DNA from: Candidatus Saccharimonadales bacterium
GTDB taxonomy: Bacteria > Patescibacteriota > UBA1384 > 2-12-FULL-50-11
Length of the DNA stretch: 64,000 nt
Reading direction: 5' to 3'
Assembly (NCBI GenBank): GCA_035480235.1
Contig: DATIHX010000005.1
Location: forward strand, 551-64,550
A model generated the notes under the pieces. That model saw nothing but the letters and a program-made list of their open reading frames with translations, ran no database searches and was not told where the DNA came from. The translations under genes were made by a program, and so were the position numbers. Positions 60,317 to 64,000 of this stretch are shown here, piece after piece (within the stretch, counting starts at the first letter, position 1; each line of letters starts with the position of its first letter).

Positions 60317-61288
60317 TTAACGAGCATTTTTGCGTCTCATTACTTTCTCGACTGCAGCCAGGACGTCGTCGACACCGAGTTTGTAGTGCTCCAGCAGCTC
60401 GTCTGGTTCACCAGACTCACCGAACGTATCGCGAACGCCCACAAACTCAATCGGGACTGGATGATGAGCGGCAACGACTTCGGCCACCGCGCTACCCATC
60501 CCGCCAGCCACTTGGTGTTCTTCGGCCGTGACGATCGCTCCGGTTGCTTTGGCGGATTCGATGATGGCGGTTGAGTCAATTGGTTTAATGGTGTGAAGGT
60601 TAATAACGGCGACACTGACCTTGCCGTCAAGCTGTTTGGCGGCTTTCAGAGCCGTGGCGACCATGACGCCACAAGCGAAAATCGTCACGTCGTCACCGGC
60701 GGTCAGTTTTAAGGCCTTGCCGATTTCAAACGGGGTTTTTTCGGAGGTGATAACCGATACTTTTGACCGACCGAGCCGCAAGTATGCCGGACCGATGTGA
60801 TTAGCTAAAGCCAGGGTCGCTTTGCGGGCTTCAATAGAATCGGCTGGCACAATTACGGTCATATTTGGCAAAACCCGGGTGATGGCGATGTCTTCTAAGG
60901 CTTGGTGAGTAGCGCCGTCCGGCCCGACGGTGAGGCCAGCGTGAGCGCCGACGATTTTCACATTCAAATCAGAATAGCATATGCTAACGCGAATTTGATC
61001 CCAGTTTCGCCCCGGTGAAAAAACGGCGTACGACGCCATAAACGGAATTTTGCCGCCGAGCGCTAAGCCAGCCGCAATGCCAGCCATGTTTTGCTCGGCC
61101 ACGCCGACTTCGATAAAGCGCTCCGGGTAGGCTTTGGCGAAGGCTTCAACGCGCGTGCTTTCGGTTAAATCGGCCGTTAAGGCAACAACGTTCTGATTAT
61201 TTTTGCCCAGTTCCAACAGCCCCTGGCCGAAGCCATCACGGGTGGCAACTTCGATATGTGTTTCGCTTAAGGGGGTTAAATATTTCAT
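60317..61288 (-). CDS. transketolase, C-terminal (pyrimidine-binding) subunit
   Basis: ORF track 323 aa; split-type transketolase second half (EVGVAEQNMAG motif). Confidence 0.9.
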   Translation of the reverse strand: MKYLTPLSETHIEVATRDGFGQGLLELGKNNQNVVALTADLTESTRVEAFAKAYPERFIEVGVAEQNMAGIAAGLALGGKIPFMASYAVFSPGRNWDQIRVSICYSDLNVKIVGAHAGLTVGPDGATHQALEDIAITRVLPNMTVIVPADSIEARKATLALANHIGPAYLRLGRSKVSVITSEKTPFEIGKALKLTAGDDVTIFACGVMVATALKAAKQLDGKVSVAVINLHTIKPIDSTAIIESAKATGAIVTAEEHQVAGGMGSAVAEVVAAHHPVPIEFVGVRDTFGESGEPDELLEHYKLGVDDVLAAVEKVMRRKNAR

Positions 61289-61308
61289 AATAATTCAGCT
61301 CTTCGCTC

Positions 61309-61455
61309 AAAATATGCTTTCCTGCCGACACATCTCCTCGGGCCTGCGCCCTCGTCAAACTTGTCTCGCCTGGCCACTCCAGCCTTATGCTGCGCATTAG
61401 CAGGCTGGAGACCGGCTGGCTGGCGGCTCACAGGGTCGGCAAAAAAGATATTTTT
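61309..61455 (-). ncRNA. candidate structured RNA / REP-like GC-rich repeat, copy B (between the two transketolase genes)
   Basis: Reverse complement aligns with 31994-32143 over the whole length, with compensatory changes in three helices. Confidence 0.5.
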
Positions 61456-61480
61456 CGCTCGCAAGAATGTCGTTGTTGCT

Positions 61481-62323
61481 TTATTCATGTTCACTCGTTA
61501 TTTTACCCCGGAGCGTCCGGAGTTCTTTGATGGCCAGATGGGCTTGCTCGGCGTTGGGCGGTGTCCCATGCCAGTGATAATCGTTCTCCATAAAATCAAC
61601 GCCTTTGCCGGGAATGGTATGGGCGATAATGACGGTTGGTTTTTCAAAAACCGAGCGGGCGTGGCGCAAGGCGCCGATAATTTCATCAAAATTGTGGCCG
61701 TCAATTTCTAAAACGTGCCAATTGAAAGCCCGGTATTTATCAGCCAGCGGTTCGAGCGGCATAATATTTTCGGTGAAACCGTCAATTTGAATGTTATTGC
61801 GATCAACAATCGCCGTGAGGTTATGAAGTTTGTTTTTACCGGCGAACAAAATCGCCTCCCACGTCTGGCCTTCGTCGTGTTCGCCATCAGATAAAATAGC
61901 ATATGTTCGCCACTTTTTAGCGTCCATCGCGGCCCCTAAACTCAGCCCGATCGCTTGGCTCAAGCCTTGGCCGAGCGGCCCAGAAGAGTTTTCGACGCCG
62001 GGTAACTCGCCAAAATGCGGGTGGCCTTGCAGCGGGCTGCCGAGTCGGCGGAGCGTCGCTAGCTCGGAGAGCGGGAAAAAACCGCGGTGAGCCAGCGTGG
62101 CGTACAAAACTGGACAAATGTGACCACAGGAAAGAATCAACCGGTCGCGGTCCGGCCAGTTCGGTTTCTTGGGTTCGATATTCAACACTTCAAAGTAAAG
62201 GGCGGTAAAAACGTCGGCCATTCCCAATGGCCCAGCCGAGTGACCGGAACCGGCCTTCAGCAGCATTTCGATAATCGATTGCCTAATGGCGTTAGCCGTA
62301 ATTTCTAGATTTTTAGTGGTCAT
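61481..62323 (-). CDS. transketolase, N-terminal (TPP-binding) subunit
   Basis: ORF track 280 aa; GSGHSAGPLGMAD and SDGEHDEG motifs. Confidence 0.9.
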   Translation of the reverse strand: MTTKNLEITANAIRQSIIEMLLKAGSGHSAGPLGMADVFTALYFEVLNIEPKKPNWPDRDRLILSCGHICPVLYATLAHRGFFPLSELATLRRLGSPLQGHPHFGELPGVENSSGPLGQGLSQAIGLSLGAAMDAKKWRTYAILSDGEHDEGQTWEAILFAGKNKLHNLTAIVDRNNIQIDGFTENIMPLEPLADKYRAFNWHVLEIDGHNFDEIIGALRHARSVFEKPTVIIAHTIPGKGVDFMENDYHWHGTPPNAEQAHLAIKELRTLRGKITSEHE

Positions 62324-62976
62324 GCGTGTTTCGGTTCGTTAATTAATTCCAGCAGCTGCTGGTAGGCCTCGTCTTTGTTAACGGCATCAAAAACCGCGTG
62401 GCTGACCACAAAATAATTGGCGCCGGCGAGTTTTAGTTCTGAAATAGTTTCAGTTGAGACACCGCCGTCCACCGTCACCGTCAAGCGCCGGCTGGGAATC
62501 CGTTTTAAATACGCCACTGCCGTTGGCGTAGTGTCGATCATCAACTGCGCCGAGTGGCCAGGGTGAACGCCCATTACTTGAATGTACGAGCTGGTTTCGT
62601 AAAGCGACCGGAGCTTATCGAGATCGGTGTCGGGGTTAACGGCCCAGCCGAGGAGTAAATCGAGCGACTTAGCTTTTTCTGCTAGCTGTTTGAGGTCAAA
62701 AATCGATTCAATATGAATAATTGCCCGAGTAACTTTCTTAGCTGCCAATGGCTCCAAATATTCGATAGGGTTATTAACCATCAAATGGGCTTCGGAGTAA
62801 TCTAGGTCAATAATCGGCCAAGCGTCGATTGGTAAGGTGCGGCCTTCACAAAAATTATTGTCGATCACGTCCAAATGGACCGACTTGGTAACAGCTTTGG
62901 CATATGCTAACTTTTCCGTAAATTCTTCAGCAGTAGCAGTGAGGATCGATAAAATTAGTGGGGATTTAGAAAGCAT
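62320..62976 (-). CDS. rpe: ribulose-phosphate 3-epimerase-like protein
   Basis: ORF track 62320..63030; ATG 62974-62976 (MLSKSPLILSIL) chosen; HLDVIDNNF, AHLMV, VDGGV motifs; divergent. Confidence 0.7.
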   Translation of the reverse strand: MLSKSPLILSILTATAEEFTEKLAYAKAVTKSVHLDVIDNNFCEGRTLPIDAWPIIDLDYSEAHLMVNNPIEYLEPLAAKKVTRAIIHIESIFDLKQLAEKAKSLDLLLGWAVNPDTDLDKLRSLYETSSYIQVMGVHPGHSAQLMIDTTPTAVAYLKRIPSRRLTVTVDGGVSTETISELKLAGANYFVVSHAVFDAVNKDEAYQQLLELINEPKHA

Positions 62977-63394
62977 CGGTTTGTTCAATTCGGCGTTTGT
63001 AACGATCGAGATGGGCGAATGACGTGGCAAGAAAAGTGGAAACGATCTCCCAACCCTCTTCGTTGGTCACTAAGCGAGCGGGGAGCGAAAGAATGTTAGC
63101 GTCTTCTTCTTCTCGGCCTCTTTTGGCCGCCTCGGCATTCCAAGCGGTAATGGCCCGAACGCCTTTAAAACGGTTAGCAACGATGGTCATGCCGTGACCC
63201 GAACCACAGACTAAAATACCGCGGCCGTGATGCTTGACTACTTCTTTGGCAACCCGCAGCGCGTAACCAGGGAAGTCGTCCATTTTTTCGGAAAATGTCC
63301 CAAAATCCTCAAAGGCAACGCCGCGTTCATGGAGACGCAGGTGGATATGTTCTTTCAGTTCGTACCCGGCATGATCTGAGGCGAGAAATAGCAT
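62966..63394 (-). CDS. rpiB: ribose-5-phosphate isomerase B
   Basis: ORF track 142 aa; ASDHAGYELK and CGSGHGM motifs. Confidence 0.9.
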   Translation of the reverse strand: MLFLASDHAGYELKEHIHLRLHERGVAFEDFGTFSEKMDDFPGYALRVAKEVVKHHGRGILVCGSGHGMTIVANRFKGVRAITAWNAEAAKRGREEEDANILSLPARLVTNEEGWEIVSTFLATSFAHLDRYKRRIEQTDAF

Positions 63395-63399
63395 ATGCT

Positions 63400-64000
63400 T
63401 TATTGATTAACGATATTAGTTGCGTCGCCAGTCATCATCCCTACAATGTTATCGACCGTAGTTTGAAGAATATTATGAAGCGATTCTTTACTATTAAAAG
63501 CATTGTGCGGCGTAACGATTACCCGTGGGTCGCGCATCAAAACATGATCGGCCATCGCTGTTTGGTAGTCATGAAGGTTAAAATATTTGGAAAAAAGCTG
63601 GCGTTCTTCTTTGAGGATATTTTCGTCTTCCAGTACATCTAGGCCGGCCTGGGCGACGGTGCCGTTATCCAACGCTTCAATGAGCGCGTTAATATCTACT
63701 AAACCGCCCCGAGCGGTATTAATGAGCACGGCGCCTTTTTTCATTTGTTTAAATTGTTCGGTGGAAAGCATATGCTTTGTTTCGTCACAGAGCGGAACGT
63801 GAAGGGTAATAACGTCGGACTGCTTCAGCAGCTCTGGCAAGGGCATATACTCTAAACCTGTTTTTTGGGCAACTGCCGGATTTGGTTTCGGGTCGTAGCC
63901 AACAACTTTCATTCCCAACCCTTTGGCGGCTTGGGCGACCAGCGCGCCAATCTTACCCGTGCCAACCACGCCGATGGTTTTGCCATTCAAGTCCCAACCG
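63400..64000 (-). CDS. D-isomer-specific 2-hydroxyacid dehydrogenase, C-terminal part (gene continues past the right edge)
   Basis: ORF track 63400..63990; the frame stays open to 64000 (GWDLNGKTIGVVGTGKIG Rossmann motif). Confidence 0.85.
   Translation of the reverse strand, partial: GWDLNGKTIGVVGTGKIGALVAQAAKGLGMKVVGYDPKPNPAVAQKTGLEYMPLPELLKQSDVITLHVPLCDETKHMLSTEQFKQMKKGAVLINTARGGLVDINALIEALDNGTVAQAGLDVLEDENILKEERQLFSKYFNLHDYQTAMADHVLMRDPRVIVTPHNAFNSKESLHNILQTTVDNIVGMMTGDATNIVNQ

Noticed and set aside
61289-61480. TPP riboswitch upstream of the C-terminal transketolase subunit. Transketolase uses TPP, and the element contains GGATAAGGCTGG, vaguely like the TPP aptamer.
   Set aside because: The invariant CUGAGA and ACCUGAUCUGGAUAAUGCCAGCG-type cores are absent. 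The second copy (31994-32143) is not upstream of any gene in its sense orientation.

Overview
This 64-kb window looks like a small, streamlined bacterial genome, probably Patescibacteria/CPR-like. That placement is an inference from the Zn-ribbon S14, the split transketolase, a short IF-2 and Obg, and very dense housekeeping content. TGA is used as a stop codon, so the standard code applies. All protein-family calls rest on motifs recognised by eye and from memory, not on database searches.

The minus strand carries, from right to left:
- a sugar-phosphate cluster: partial 2-hydroxyacid dehydrogenase, rpiB, rpe, tktN, tktC, fba, gap;
- sodA-nfo;
- an envelope glycosylation pair, then gyrB-gyrA, infB, a YbbR-repeat envelope operon and obg;
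- rpoB-rpoC, then rpsL-rpsG-fusA-tuf-rpsJ;
- a 5.5-kb accessory block, then the S10/spc ribosomal protein operon from rplC to rplR.

The plus strand carries uvrB and uvrA-uvrC, plus most of about 16 short orphan genes. Most of these orphans have their own sigma70-like promoter, SD and hairpin terminator, and they are wedged between the core operons.

No rRNA, tRNA, CRISPR array, transposase or prophage was seen.

The features most worth follow-up are:
1. A family of AT-rich spacers between cistrons and operons, built from 7-8-nt phased words and inverted arms. It includes a 116-nt module present twice with only 4 mismatches, and a covarying hairpin that sequesters the SD.
2. A GC-rich structured element of about 150 nt, present twice in opposite orientations, with several compensatory base-pair changes.
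3. An upstream ORF that repeats the UvrB N-terminus and overlaps the uvrB start codon.
4. An XRE-type HTH gene bracketed by two copies of a perfect 20-bp palindrome.
5. Probable leaderless mRNAs, and a probable CTG start for rpoB.
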